NCBI GenBank assembly: GCA_934130165.1
Contig: CAKOXO010000005.1
Coordinates: forward strand, 6,251-70,250
Length of the DNA stretch: 64,000 nt
Direction: 5' to 3'
Origin: an uncultured Bacilli bacterium
GTDB lineage: Bacteria; Bacillota_I; Bacilli_A; RF39; UBA660
Positions 33,791-43,445 of the stretch are shown one piece after another. The notes under the pieces are model-generated. The model worked only from the letters and a program-made list of their open reading frames with translations. It searched no databases and was not told the origin of the DNA. A program made the translations under genes and the position numbers. Within the stretch, counting starts at the first letter, position 1; every line of letters begins with the position of its first letter.

Positions 33791-34813
33791 GTGATGGAAT
33801 TTATAAGAATTGATCCACATGAAGTAACTAGTGAAGAAATTGCTAAAGCTATTACATCTAATTGTAAAACTGTAAAACTAATGAAAAAAGAAATTGAAAA
33901 ATTAGAACAATTCAACCAAGACTATCATAATAGTGTTAAAACTAGTGAAAATGATAGTGGCAAAAGTATAGAAAAAGAAGAAAATATAGAAGAAGAAATT
34001 ACTAGTAATACACCAACAGACTTTGACAATAAAGTGGACTATTACTATTCTTTAATTGATTCAATACCTATATCAGAAAAACTTAATGAAGAAATAGAGA
34101 CTATCTTACCATCTAATAAGAATGTTGATTATAATGATATTATCATGAGATTAAAATTGGAATTTTTTAGGAATATTAAAGAATTAAAAGAATTCATCGA
34201 GGAAGAAGATTTATCAGTAGATGAGTTGAAAGAGTTCAAAGAAGAAATCAAAGCTAATCAATTAAAAATAGCTTCAATCGATTATATAAATAGTAAAAAA
34301 GAAGAAAATAAAAGTAATGACGATAGTAAAGAAAATAACTTGATTTTTGTTCCAACAGAGGGAGGAAACATAAGAGTAATTGATGAAATTAAGAATATTG
34401 ATGTAAGCTTTTTATCTGACTTTAAGAAATTATTTGACTCTATAAAAGATGGCACATTTAAAAATGTAAAAAGATACAACAATAGTAAAAACTTTTTAAC
34501 ATCAAGCGTTGCAGAAGTAAAAGATTTCAAAATAAGAGTTGTATTTGATAGAATTTCTAAAAATGACTATGCCTTAATAACAGCATTTATTAAGAAAAAT
34601 GATAATGATAAGGGATATAGAACTTCACTTGATTTAAAGATTATAAATTATTTAAAACAAAAGGATAGACTAAAGGAATTAGTTAATAACGATGAATATA
34701 TGGCTAAACAAGGTTTGTTAGAAAAAGAATTATATAGTTGTTTTGCAAATGATACTCTTACAAGAGAGGAGAATAAAAATGGATGCACTATTAAAACAAA
34801 TAGAAAAAAATAA
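33791..34813 (+). CDS. hypothetical acidic protein with possible RelE/ParE-like C-terminal region
   Basis: Own promoter (TATAAT about 33757) and RBS GAGGGGG. The N-terminal 230 aa are acidic and helical. C-terminal DFKIRVVFDRISKNDYALITAFIKKND...GY loosely resembles the RelE/ParE toxin-fold signature. No confident family. Confidence 0.4.
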   Translation: MMEFIRIDPHEVTSEEIAKAITSNCKTVKLMKKEIEKLEQFNQDYHNSVKTSENDSGKSIEKEENIEEEITSNTPTDFDNKVDYYYSLIDSIPISEKLNEEIETILPSNKNVDYNDIIMRLKLEFFRNIKELKEFIEEEDLSVDELKEFKEEIKANQLKIASIDYINSKKEENKSNDDSKENNLIFVPTEGGNIRVIDEIKNIDVSFLSDFKKLFDSIKDGTFKNVKRYNNSKNFLTSSVAEVKDFKIRVVFDRISKNDYALITAFIKKNDNDKGYRTSLDLKIINYLKQKDRLKELVNNDEYMAKQGLLEKELYSCFANDTLTREENKNGCTIKTNRKK

Positions 34814-36626
34814 AGATAATCTACAGGCCAAGTTAAACGAACCAAATGAAGAAAGTGATTTCTTTAGAGAATTCAGTAGTAAGCTATCCTTAAATGTTAT
34901 GAATAACCTTGTGAGGTTTGATATATTAGACTTTATAAAAGCAAGATTTCTTGCATCAATTAAAGACAAAAACTATGAAGAAATATCAGCTATTATCGAA
35001 GAGATAAGACCTTTATTCAATTTTCAAATGCAACCAATAGCATTTTTTAATCTTTTTGAAAACATAGCTAATTTAATAGTTAGTGTTGAAAAAGATGATT
35101 TATTAAACATAATAAAAAACAAAAAAAGAAAAAAGTTAAATAAAGATGACAAAAAAAGAGTTTTAACGATCGAAAATATTCAAAAAAATGCAAATATAAA
35201 TATAGAAAATTTTATCAGATTATGTTATGACCAAATTGAGATAGTAGCTAATACCATAGAACTTATGGTGGCTTTATATAAATTCAAAGAAACACACGAA
35301 TATTTTTCACAAATAAAAGCAGGTGCATTATCTAGTGAAGTAAAAAAACAATTAACAAAAGCAGAAAAAGAGTTTTTTGAATATGAATATAATACAAAAA
35401 GCATTGAAAAAGTAATCAAAGATATTCGAGAATATTCAGATAAAGTCATTTCAGAAGAGGAAACAAAAAAGAAAAAGATATCAAAAAGTTTTATGAATTA
35501 TACATATACTGAAAATTGGATAAGAAAAATTAAAGATGGTCAGGAAATAACTTCTATTCCAAGTAAAGTGATGCAATTAGATGATGAAGAATTAAAAAAG
35601 CAAATTTTAGAAAAAGTCTATAATAATAACATGAGTATATATACACAAATTGAGAAAAAATACAACGATTTATCATCTAATTCATATAATAGATACAGTT
35701 TATTACTAGGACAATATGGAATAGATATTTCTAAATATAATATAGATATTACAAATGATATAAATATTGTTAAAAAAATGCTAAAATTAATATCATCACT
35801 AGATATTAAAAATCCTTATAAAATTGTAGAAATAATTAATACCTCAAAATTAGAAATTGTAGAAAGCATAAATAATTTAGTAAAAAAAGGATATATTGAT
35901 AATGAATACGTAAATAATAATATTAATATATTTAGTGGTAGTTATACTGCTTTAATATCAAATATAGAAGAGTTTAAAAAAGAGGGATTATCATTATCTT
36001 CTATAAGTAAATTAAAAGATTCATTATGTGAAGATTCCGATACAATTCAAAGAAATATTGCAGTTTTGAAAGAGTATGGTTTATTTTCAAGCCTAGGTGA
36101 TTGCTCCTCAGCAAGTTTTTTAAATATTGAACAATTAGAGCAAAAAATTGATAAACTTTTAGAACTAGGTATGGAACAATTTTTAAAAGATGATTTATCC
36201 TTACTTAATTATGAAAATAGTCTATATGATAAAATTTTATTAGCATATAAATTAAATATTCCAATAGAAGATACTAATAGTTTGCATAATATTCTATCTT
36301 CACCTTTTGTTGTTTCTGATGATGATATAGATACTTATTTATTTAATGTTAGTAGAAAAAGCCTTGATAGTTTAGAAGATATAAATATAAATAAAACTGA
36401 TTTATTAGAATTATTAGGAAAAAAGCAGAGTAGTGAAAATGTATATGATTTTGATGGTGTTTTAATCTCTAAAAATAAAGTGTCAAGAAACTTAGAAAAT
36501 AGTGATGATGAAGTACCTTTAAAAACAGTTTTATTATGTATGATTGATGATAAAATTCTAGATACTGATGAATTAGAAAAAATTACTAAATCTCTATATC
36601 CTAAAGAAAAACAATATAAAAAATAA
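34779..36626 (+). CDS. hypothetical helical-repeat protein (615 aa)
   Basis: ATG at 34779 with RBS AGAGGAGAA 6 nt upstream, overlapping the preceding gene by 35 nt. Long, Lys/Glu-rich, no Walker or catalytic motifs seen. Confidence 0.45.
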   Translation: MDALLKQIEKNKDNLQAKLNEPNEESDFFREFSSKLSLNVMNNLVRFDILDFIKARFLASIKDKNYEEISAIIEEIRPLFNFQMQPIAFFNLFENIANLIVSVEKDDLLNIIKNKKRKKLNKDDKKRVLTIENIQKNANINIENFIRLCYDQIEIVANTIELMVALYKFKETHEYFSQIKAGALSSEVKKQLTKAEKEFFEYEYNTKSIEKVIKDIREYSDKVISEEETKKKKISKSFMNYTYTENWIRKIKDGQEITSIPSKVMQLDDEELKKQILEKVYNNNMSIYTQIEKKYNDLSSNSYNRYSLLLGQYGIDISKYNIDITNDINIVKKMLKLISSLDIKNPYKIVEIINTSKLEIVESINNLVKKGYIDNEYVNNNINIFSGSYTALISNIEEFKKEGLSLSSISKLKDSLCEDSDTIQRNIAVLKEYGLFSSLGDCSSASFLNIEQLEQKIDKLLELGMEQFLKDDLSLLNYENSLYDKILLAYKLNIPIEDTNSLHNILSSPFVVSDDDIDTYLFNVSRKSLDSLEDININKTDLLELLGKKQSSENVYDFDGVLISKNKVSRNLENSDDEVPLKTVLLCMIDDKILDTDELEKITKSLYPKEKQYKK

Positions 36627-36705
36627 TTGGTAAATTTTTAATAATATATTTTTTTAAATAAGGAAAAGGATAATAATGTAGTCAAGTTTTTAATGAGGTG
36701 ATTTT

Positions 36706-37689
36706 ATGAAAATTAAAAACAAACTACTAAATGCAATAATTCTCTTTTTACTTATTATACCACTAAATGTATTTGCTTATTCATCTTACATTATTCCAGG
36801 TGGGGAAACAATTGGAATAGAGGTTAATTCGAAAGGTGTATTAGTTGTAGGTTTTTATAAAGTAAACAACTCCTATATTGGACGTTCAGCTGGTTTTGAA
36901 GTTGGAGATAGAATAATTAAGTTAAATAATAAGGAAGTAAATAATATATCTTCAATGATAGAAACTATAAACAAAACAGACAATAATACAGTAGAATTTA
37001 CTATTTTAAGAGGAACCTCTGAAAAGAATATTAGCCTAAATCTATCTGAAGATGGTGATGGAGTATTAAAAACCGGATTATATGTAAAAGACAGTATCAA
37101 CGGAATTGGTACACTTACTTATATAGATCCATCTACTAATATATTTGGTGCTTTAGGGCATGAAATAATAGAAAAATCAACTGCTGAAAAATTCGAAATA
37201 AAAGATGGTATTATATTTGGAGCAAATGTAGTAGGAATAGAAAAAAGTACTAATGGAAATGCTGGAGAAAAGACAGCAACATATAACAAAACTGAAGTAT
37301 TTGGTAAAATTACTGGGAATGAAATATCTGGTATCTTTGGTAAATATACATCAAATGTAGAAGGTAAAGAAAAATTAGAGGTTGCTGAAAGTAAAGATAT
37401 AAAAACTGGAGAAGCAACTATCAGAACTGTTATAAAAGACGATAAAATAGAAGAATTTAAAATCAATATAATTAAACTAGATGATAACAGTGATACTAAA
37501 AATATTTTATTTGAAGTAGTTGATGACAGACTATTAAAAGAAGCAGGAGGAATTGTTCAGGGAATGAGTGGCTCTCCAATTATTCAGAATAATAAAATAA
37601 TAGGTGCAGTTACTCATGTAATTGTTAATGATACTACAAAAGGTTATGGTATATTTATTACAACTATGTTAAAAGAAGGAGAAAATTAA
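36706..37689 (+). CDS. spoIVB: stage IV sporulation protein B (SpoIVB peptidase, S55)
   Basis: Signal anchor, PDZ domain (GDRIIKLNNKEVNN...), then GIGTLTYIDPSTNIFGALGHEI and the catalytic-Ser region GMSGSPIIQNNKIIGAVTHVIVNDTTKGYGIFI, almost identical to the B. subtilis SpoIVB motif. Confidence 0.85.
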   Translation: MKIKNKLLNAIILFLLIIPLNVFAYSSYIIPGGETIGIEVNSKGVLVVGFYKVNNSYIGRSAGFEVGDRIIKLNNKEVNNISSMIETINKTDNNTVEFTILRGTSEKNISLNLSEDGDGVLKTGLYVKDSINGIGTLTYIDPSTNIFGALGHEIIEKSTAEKFEIKDGIIFGANVVGIEKSTNGNAGEKTATYNKTEVFGKITGNEISGIFGKYTSNVEGKEKLEVAESKDIKTGEATIRTVIKDDKIEEFKINIIKLDDNSDTKNILFEVVDDRLLKEAGGIVQGMSGSPIIQNNKIIGAVTHVIVNDTTKGYGIFITTMLKEGEN

Positions 37690-37711
37690 AAGGGAGAGAA
37701 TCCCTTTTTTT
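37688..37711 (+). terminator. Rho-independent terminator after spoIVB
   Basis: Stem aaaaggga / tccctttt with loop gagaa, followed by tttt. Confidence 0.7.
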
Positions 37712-37754
37712 GTATAAATAAATATTTTTAATTAATACTAATAATGGTGATAAT

Positions 37755-38471
37755 ATGAATATTGATTTTATAGAAGCATTCAAGATAATTCCTAGAAGTG
37801 TAGCCTCTTTAATTGTATTATTTTTAATAACAAAACTAATGGGAAAAAAACAAGTATCTGAACTTAGTTTATTTGATTACGTAATAGGAATATCTATTGG
37901 TAATTATACAGCTGAAATGGTAATGAATTTTGATTACCAATATATTAATGGAATTATTGCAATATTAACATTTGGAATAATTTCTTATTTAGTTTCTATT
38001 TTAACTATGAAAAGTATGTCATTAAGGCGTTTTTTAATAGGAGTACCTACAATCATTATAGATGAGGGAAAAATAAGCCTAGAGGCCCTTAAAAAGGCTA
38101 AATTAGATATTAATGATTTTTTAGAACAATGTAGAGGTGAAGGGTATTTTGATGTTTCTGAAATAAGTTCTGCAATATTAGAAGTAAATGGAAAAATAAG
38201 CATACTACCAAAAAGAGATTATCAAGTTCCTACACTAAAAGATTTAAAAATTAAAGCAAATAAAGAATATTTATCAGTAAATGTCATTATTGATGGAAAT
38301 TTAATGGAAAACAATTTAAAAAATTCTAATAAAAACAAAGCTTGGTTAGATAAAGAGTTAGAAAAACAAGGTTATAATGGTTATAAAAATATATTACTAG
38401 CTACTATCACTAATGATTCATTAAACATATTTGATAAAGATACAAAAACACCTAAAAAAGTTTTAGAATAA
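37755..38471 (+). CDS. DUF421 (YetF-like) membrane protein
   Basis: N-terminal TM region with LMGKKQVSELSLFDYVIGISIGNYTAEMV, the conserved DUF421 core. Common in spore-formers. Confidence 0.65.
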   Translation: MNIDFIEAFKIIPRSVASLIVLFLITKLMGKKQVSELSLFDYVIGISIGNYTAEMVMNFDYQYINGIIAILTFGIISYLVSILTMKSMSLRRFLIGVPTIIIDEGKISLEALKKAKLDINDFLEQCRGEGYFDVSEISSAILEVNGKISILPKRDYQVPTLKDLKIKANKEYLSVNVIIDGNLMENNLKNSNKNKAWLDKELEKQGYNGYKNILLATITNDSLNIFDKDTKTPKKVLE

Positions 38472-38531
38472 CCTTTAAAATTAGTTAATTTAGTAGTATA
38501 ATATTGTGTCATAGTGATTGGAAGTGTAATT

Positions 38532-38828
38532 ATGAAAGTATGGAAAAAAATAAGTTTAGAAAATAGTATTAAAGAAATAGATATTGTATCTAAAGCTTTA
38601 ACAAATTATATATATTCCAGTAAGACATTATCAGATATAACTTCAAAATATAATATTTCAGATGAAGATATTGAAAATCTTAATAAATATACTATGGATA
38701 GAGTAGCAGGACTCTTGTTACTATATGTTAGTAAAAATAACAAAAGGATAAATGACATAGTAAATAAATATAATACAAATAATAATTTAAAAGTTAAACC
38801 TATTGTTGAAGGTTATGTTGAAAAATAA
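38532..38828 (+). CDS. hypothetical protein (about 98 aa)
   Basis: ORF with a possible ATG at 38532 (the track start at 38514 is GTG). A strong terminator follows. Confidence 0.35.
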   Translation: MKVWKKISLENSIKEIDIVSKALTNYIYSSKTLSDITSKYNISDEDIENLNKYTMDRVAGLLLLYVSKNNKRINDIVNKYNTNNNLKVKPIVEGYVEK

Positions 38829-38856
38829 AAGAGCTCATTATTATTGAGCTCTTTTA
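38827..38856. terminator. bidirectional Rho-independent terminator
   Basis: Stem aaaagagctca / tgagctctttt with loop ttattat. It serves convergent genes on both strands. Confidence 0.8.
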
Positions 38857-38940
38857 AATATACATTAACACACTTAAGAATGTTATAAGCATTACTAAAA
38901 CCAATATTATAGAAACAATTTTTATTACTTTTTTATTCAT
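38854..38940 (-). CDS. unannotated small hydrophobic peptide (28 aa), putative small membrane protein
   Basis: On the minus strand: AGAGGTGAATAT-ATG, then MNKKVIKIVSIILVLVMLITFLSVLMYI-stop. Consensus RBS at 5 nt spacing. A TTACAA, 16 nt spacer, TATAAT promoter lies upstream. Too short for the ORF track. Confidence 0.45.
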   Translation of the reverse strand: MNKKVIKIVSIILVLVMLITFLSVLMYI

Positions 38941-39042
38941 ATATTCACCTCTTTTATAATTATAAAAGAATTGTCCTAAATTGTAAATCATTAATATTAA
39001 TAATTATAAACCTAGTCTAATATTATTGAATAGGTGAAATAT

Positions 39043-39639
39043 ATGAAAAAAGCTAGAAAAATAAGAAAAAGTAATAAGCTAATTTTAAAATTAATGATCA
39101 TATCAATAATCTCAGTCTTAATAGGTATATTTTATATTGCAATATTATCAAACAGCAATAAAGTATTAATAAAAGAAAATCTAGAAACATACTTTGAAAG
39201 TCTTAATAAGCTAAATTATATAAAGGCATTAATCAAATGTTTAACATCTAATATGATTACAATATCAAGTATATGGTTACTTGGAATATCTATAATCGGT
39301 GTTTTTTTAATTATTATAATTCTAATTATTAAAAGTTTTGCCTTAGGTTTTACAATAAGTAGTTTAATATATTTTTATAAGTTAAAAGGTATAATTATTT
39401 CTATAATATATATTATTCCTTTAATTATTAACTTATTTGTAATTATTATCTTAAGTTATTATGGAATAATTTTTTCCAAAAATCTAAATAGACTTTTATT
39501 TTTAAAAAAAGATGTTAACTTCAAAAATATAATGCGAAAATACATAAAAATTTTACTATTTTCTACTATATGTATAGTTATAAGTAGTTTAATAGAAATA
39601 TATATAGTTCCAAATATATTAAAACTTTTACAAATTTAA
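39043..39639 (+). CDS. spoIIM: stage II sporulation protein M
   Basis: Core motif ITISSIWLLGISIIGVFLIIIILIIKSFALGFTISSL is collinear with B. subtilis SpoIIM ([35 protein letters not shown]). About 200 aa, 5-6 TM helices. ATG at 39043 with RBS AGGTGA. Confidence 0.7.
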   Translation: MKKARKIRKSNKLILKLMIISIISVLIGIFYIAILSNSNKVLIKENLETYFESLNKLNYIKALIKCLTSNMITISSIWLLGISIIGVFLIIIILIIKSFALGFTISSLIYFYKLKGIIISIIYIIPLIINLFVIIILSYYGIIFSKNLNRLLFLKKDVNFKNIMRKYIKILLFSTICIVISSLIEIYIVPNILKLLQI

Positions 39640-39672
39640 ATTATTATTGTATAATACATGCAGGTGATTTAG

Positions 39673-40779
39673 ATGAAAAAAGTTATAATTGGAATGAGTG
39701 GTGGAGTAGATTCATCAGTAGCAGCACTTCTTTTAAAGGAGCAAGGATACATTGTAGAAGGTTTATTTATGAGAAATTGGGATTCTTCTTTAAATAATGA
39801 TATTATGGGAAATCCCAATATTAATAATAATGACATATGCCCTCAAGAACAAGATTATAATGATGCCTTAAAAGTTTGTGAGAAGTTAGAAATACCTCTT
39901 CACAGAATAGATTTTATTAAAGAGTATTGGGACAATGTCTTTACTTATTTTTTAGATGAATTAAAAAAGGGGAGAACTCCAAATCCAGATATAATGTGTA
40001 ATAAGTATATAAAGTTTGATTATTTTGTTAAGGAAGCTAAAAAGTTAGGAGCAGACTACATAGCTACAGGACACTATGCTAAAATGGAAGATGGATATTT
40101 AAAAAAAGCATACGATACCAATAAAGATCAAACATACTTTTTATCACAATTAAATCACGAACAACTACAAAATGTATTGTTTCCACTAGGAGATATGGAT
40201 AAAAAAGAAGTAAGAAAGATTGCATTAGAAAATGATTTAGTTACTGCTAATAAGAAAGATTCTACTGGTATATGTTTTATAGGTGAAAGAAATTTCAAAG
40301 AATTTTTAACTAATTACTTACCTGCTCAAAGTGGAGATGTTATAGATATTGCAACAAATAAGAAAGTAGGGGAGCATATTGGTTTAATGTACTACACTAT
40401 AGGACAAAGAAAAGGACTTAATATAGGTGGAAATAAAGATAAATTATTTGTAGTAGGAAAAAATTTAGAAAATAATATTTTGTATGTGTCTTTTGGTGAT
40501 AATGAATATTTATATTCTAATAGTTGTTTAGTAGATACCGTTAACTTTAATTGTGAATTAAGACCTACTAAAGCTTTTGCAAAGTTTAGATATCGTCAAG
40601 AAGATATTCCAGTTGAAATTGAATACTTAGATGATGGAAACATTATAGTTAAATATGATCATGTAAAATCAGTTACTCCAGGACAAGCTTGTGTTCTATA
40701 TTATAATGATATATGCATAGGTGGAGGAATAATAAAGGAAGTAAGAAAAGATAATAAAAAGCTTTGGTATTTATTGTAA
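39673..40779 (+). CDS. mnmA: tRNA-specific 2-thiouridylase MnmA
   Basis: PP-loop [14 protein letters not shown], catalytic Cys region [10 protein letters not shown] and a C-terminal barrel domain. Confidence 0.92.
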   Translation: MKKVIIGMSGGVDSSVAALLLKEQGYIVEGLFMRNWDSSLNNDIMGNPNINNNDICPQEQDYNDALKVCEKLEIPLHRIDFIKEYWDNVFTYFLDELKKGRTPNPDIMCNKYIKFDYFVKEAKKLGADYIATGHYAKMEDGYLKKAYDTNKDQTYFLSQLNHEQLQNVLFPLGDMDKKEVRKIALENDLVTANKKDSTGICFIGERNFKEFLTNYLPAQSGDVIDIATNKKVGEHIGLMYYTIGQRKGLNIGGNKDKLFVVGKNLENNILYVSFGDNEYLYSNSCLVDTVNFNCELRPTKAFAKFRYRQEDIPVEIEYLDDGNIIVKYDHVKSVTPGQACVLYYNDICIGGGIIKEVRKDNKKLWYLL

Positions 40780-40803
40780 ATAGTTAATTATATCATGATA
40801 ATT

Positions 40804-40833
40804 AGTATGTAAAGTATTTTACATACTTTTTTC
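40804..40833 (+). terminator. Rho-independent terminator after mnmA
   Basis: Stem agtatgtaaa / tttacatact with loop gtat, followed by tttttt. Confidence 0.8.
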
Positions 40834-40862
40834 TTGACTATTTACGTAAACCAAGATAAAAT
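40834..40862 (+). promoter_or_regulatory. sigma-A promoter
   Basis: TTGACT, 17 nt spacer, TAAAAT, followed by RBS TAGGAGGGT and the ATG at 40885. Confidence 0.65.
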
Positions 40863-40884
40863 TATATTAGGAGGGTAAACAAAC

Positions 40885-41652
40885 ATGGAACAATTAAATA
40901 AATTACTAACTGAATTAGGAATAAGTAAGGTACGTTTAGCAAAATATTTAGGAGTTTCAAGACAAATGCTATATAATTATTTAGCACTTGATTCACTAAA
41001 TTCTTGGCCAAAGGAAAAAACTGTTAAATTATTAAGTTTACTAAATTTAAAAGAAATAGATGATATTAATTCATTAGAAGTAACTGGTGAATATATAATA
41101 GAAGTTGAATATAGATTAAATGAAGGTGTTAAAGATACATCAAATAAAGAAATATTAACTGATTTAAAAGGTTTTAATAAAAAGGAACAAGAAATATTAG
41201 CTGATATTATTAGCCTTTTAAAAGAAAAATTAGCCGATGATAAAACTAAAAATACATATACAACATATTGTTATTTATATCACTTTTTACAATCTATGGA
41301 AACAACACCAGAACTTAATTACATTTTAGCATATATGTCAAAATCATTAGGTTTCACAGAACCAATGGAATTCATTTATGATAAAGAGCAACAATTTATT
41401 TTTGAAAGTATTCTATTTAGTGGTATGACTTTATATAATAATGGTGGTGCTTCTAAAACAAAGTTAGCTCAATCACACCAACGTTTTGTTGAAGATATTG
41501 AACATAAAAACGAAGAAAAATTAAGTCGTACTCAAGAGTTAAATACTGCTAAAGTACAAGCATTAAAAGAATTAGGCTATACAGAAATAAATGAAAATAA
41601 TGCAAAGGAAGTATTAGAAAAAATAGCTGAAATTCAATCAAGAAAAGTTTAA
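40885..41652 (+). CDS. HTH-domain protein (XRE-like), putative regulator
   Basis: N-terminus LTELGISKVRLAKYLGVSRQMLYNYL is a helix-turn-helix. The remaining 200 aa are of unknown function. Confidence 0.55.
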   Translation: MEQLNKLLTELGISKVRLAKYLGVSRQMLYNYLALDSLNSWPKEKTVKLLSLLNLKEIDDINSLEVTGEYIIEVEYRLNEGVKDTSNKEILTDLKGFNKKEQEILADIISLLKEKLADDKTKNTYTTYCYLYHFLQSMETTPELNYILAYMSKSLGFTEPMEFIYDKEQQFIFESILFSGMTLYNNGGASKTKLAQSHQRFVEDIEHKNEEKLSRTQELNTAKVQALKELGYTEINENNAKEVLEKIAEIQSRKV

Positions 41653-42062
41653 ACAGTATATAGGCTAACTTCCTATAATTGATATTATGTTAACTTCTTA
41701 TTTGATGAATAATTAAAACAAGTAAAAATAATAGTATATACTCTTTCTATATTAATATATAGTCAATACATATAACTATTAATCACTTGTTTTTTTATTT
41801 TAAATGAATCTTTATTTAAAATAATTATTCTAAATTACTGTATATTACCAAATTAATAACTAAATTTTAGATATGTTTATTAATTTATATTATATATTAC
41901 TATATATTTATACTTATATTAGAATAAACATTAAAATTACATATATAATACAACATATACTTACTTATTTTTAATACACTACTCTCTTTTAAATTAAAAT
42001 AGGGTACTTTTATGTATATTATTATCAAATGGGAAAATAATAATATTAAGGAGGAGAGAATT

Positions 42063-42251
42063 ATGAAAAAAAATAAAAAGGGTAATGGTAATATAAGTTG
42101 TGATGTAGAAACTTGTAAACATAATAACTGTGAAGATGGTATGTGTGAATTAGAATCAATCCAAGTCACATGTACTTGTAATAATGATGAATGTGAATGT
42201 ACTGAAAGTACCGTTTGTGATAGTTTTGAATGTAGTAATGAAGACAAATAA
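42063..42251 (+). CDS. DUF1540-like small Cys-rich protein (62 aa)
   Basis: ATG at 42063 after RBS AAGGAGGAGAGAA. Sequence ISCDVETCKHNNCEDGMCELESIQVTCTCNNDECECTESTVCDSFEC fits the DUF1540 pattern (C-V-x-x-C-x-H-N...C...I-x-V...T-C-x-S-F-E). The family is typical of sporulating Firmicutes. Confidence 0.55.
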   Translation: MKKNKKGNGNISCDVETCKHNNCEDGMCELESIQVTCTCNNDECECTESTVCDSFECSNEDK

Positions 42252-42280
42252 AAACAGGAGAGTATCCTGTTTTTTTATAT
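42252..42280. terminator. bidirectional terminator shared by DUF1540 gene and deoB
   Basis: Stem aaacagga / tcctgttt with loop gagta, followed by tttttt. Flanked by an A-run on the opposite side. Confidence 0.75.
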
Positions 42281-43441
42281 TAATTTATCTAGTATACTTT
42301 CCCCTATTTCAGGAGTTTCTAGATCAAAGTTATCTGCAATAGTTGCACCAATATCTGCTAAGGTATTTAATACAGGTAATCTTTTAGGTTCAGAAAACGC
42401 TCTACTATAAAGTATAACTGGAACATTTTCTCTTGTGTGATCACAGCCTGCAAAAGTTGGATCATTACCATGATCAGCTGTAATTATTAGTAAGTCATCT
42501 ATTTCTAGTTTATTAAGCATTAAAGGAATTTCAACATCCAACTCCTCTATCGCTTTAGCATATCCTAAAGCATCACGTGTATGCCCATATAAACTATCAA
42601 AATCAGCTAAATTAACCATACAAAGTCCAGTGAATTTTTTATCCATTATATCTGAAAATTTATTAATTGCTTCTATATTACTAGTTGCTTTTATACTTTT
42701 ATTTATTCCTGTACCATCAAATATATCATTAATTTTACCTAAAGCAATTACATTATATTTATTTTCATTTAAACTATCAAGAATAGTTTTTTTAGGTGGT
42801 TTAACAGCATAATCCTTTCTTCCACTATTGGAAAAACGATAGTGTCCGCTTGTACCAATAAACGGTCTTGCTATTACTCTCCCTACTCTCCAATCTTCTT
42901 TTAATGTTATTGCTCTTATCTTTTCACAATATTTATATAGTGTTGAAACTGGAATAGCATCCTCATGAGCTGCTACTTGTAAATCAGAGTCAGCTGAGGT
43001 ATAAACAATCAAAGATCCGTAATTTAATTGACGATCTCCCAATTCTTTAATAATTGCATCATTATTACAACAGATATTTCCTATAACGTGCCTTCCTGTA
43101 ACTTGTTCTATACCATCTAATAATTCAGTAGGAAAACCATTATTAAATGTTTTAAATTCAATATTATTAGTAATTCCCATCATTTCATAATGTCCATTTA
43201 ATGTATCTTTACCGGCGTTATTAGGTTTAGCTATAGTATAGTAGGCATCAACATTTTCATTTTCACTCATATTAATTGTATCCAAAAAACCAATTTTCTT
43301 TAAGTTTGGAACGAATAGATCACAGTTTTCTTTAATATGGCCAAGGGTATTAGCACCACTATCTCCATATTTATAGGCATCTTCTGCCTCTCCTACTCCT
43401 AAAGAATCTAACACCATCAAAAATATTCTTTTAAATTTCAT
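42275..43441 (-). CDS. deoB: phosphopentomutase
   Basis: MKFKRIFLMVLDSLGVGEAEDAYKYGDSGANTLGHI N-terminus and the DHGNDP metal-binding motif. ATG at 43441 with RBS AAGGAGAG (the track start lies further upstream). Confidence 0.92.
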   Translation of the reverse strand: MKFKRIFLMVLDSLGVGEAEDAYKYGDSGANTLGHIKENCDLFVPNLKKIGFLDTINMSENENVDAYYTIAKPNNAGKDTLNGHYEMMGITNNIEFKTFNNGFPTELLDGIEQVTGRHVIGNICCNNDAIIKELGDRQLNYGSLIVYTSADSDLQVAAHEDAIPVSTLYKYCEKIRAITLKEDWRVGRVIARPFIGTSGHYRFSNSGRKDYAVKPPKKTILDSLNENKYNVIALGKINDIFDGTGINKSIKATSNIEAINKFSDIMDKKFTGLCMVNLADFDSLYGHTRDALGYAKAIEELDVEIPLMLNKLEIDDLLIITADHGNDPTFAGCDHTRENVPVILYSRAFSEPKRLPVLNTLADIGATIADNFDLETPEIGESILDKLI

Positions 43442-43445
43442 ATAT

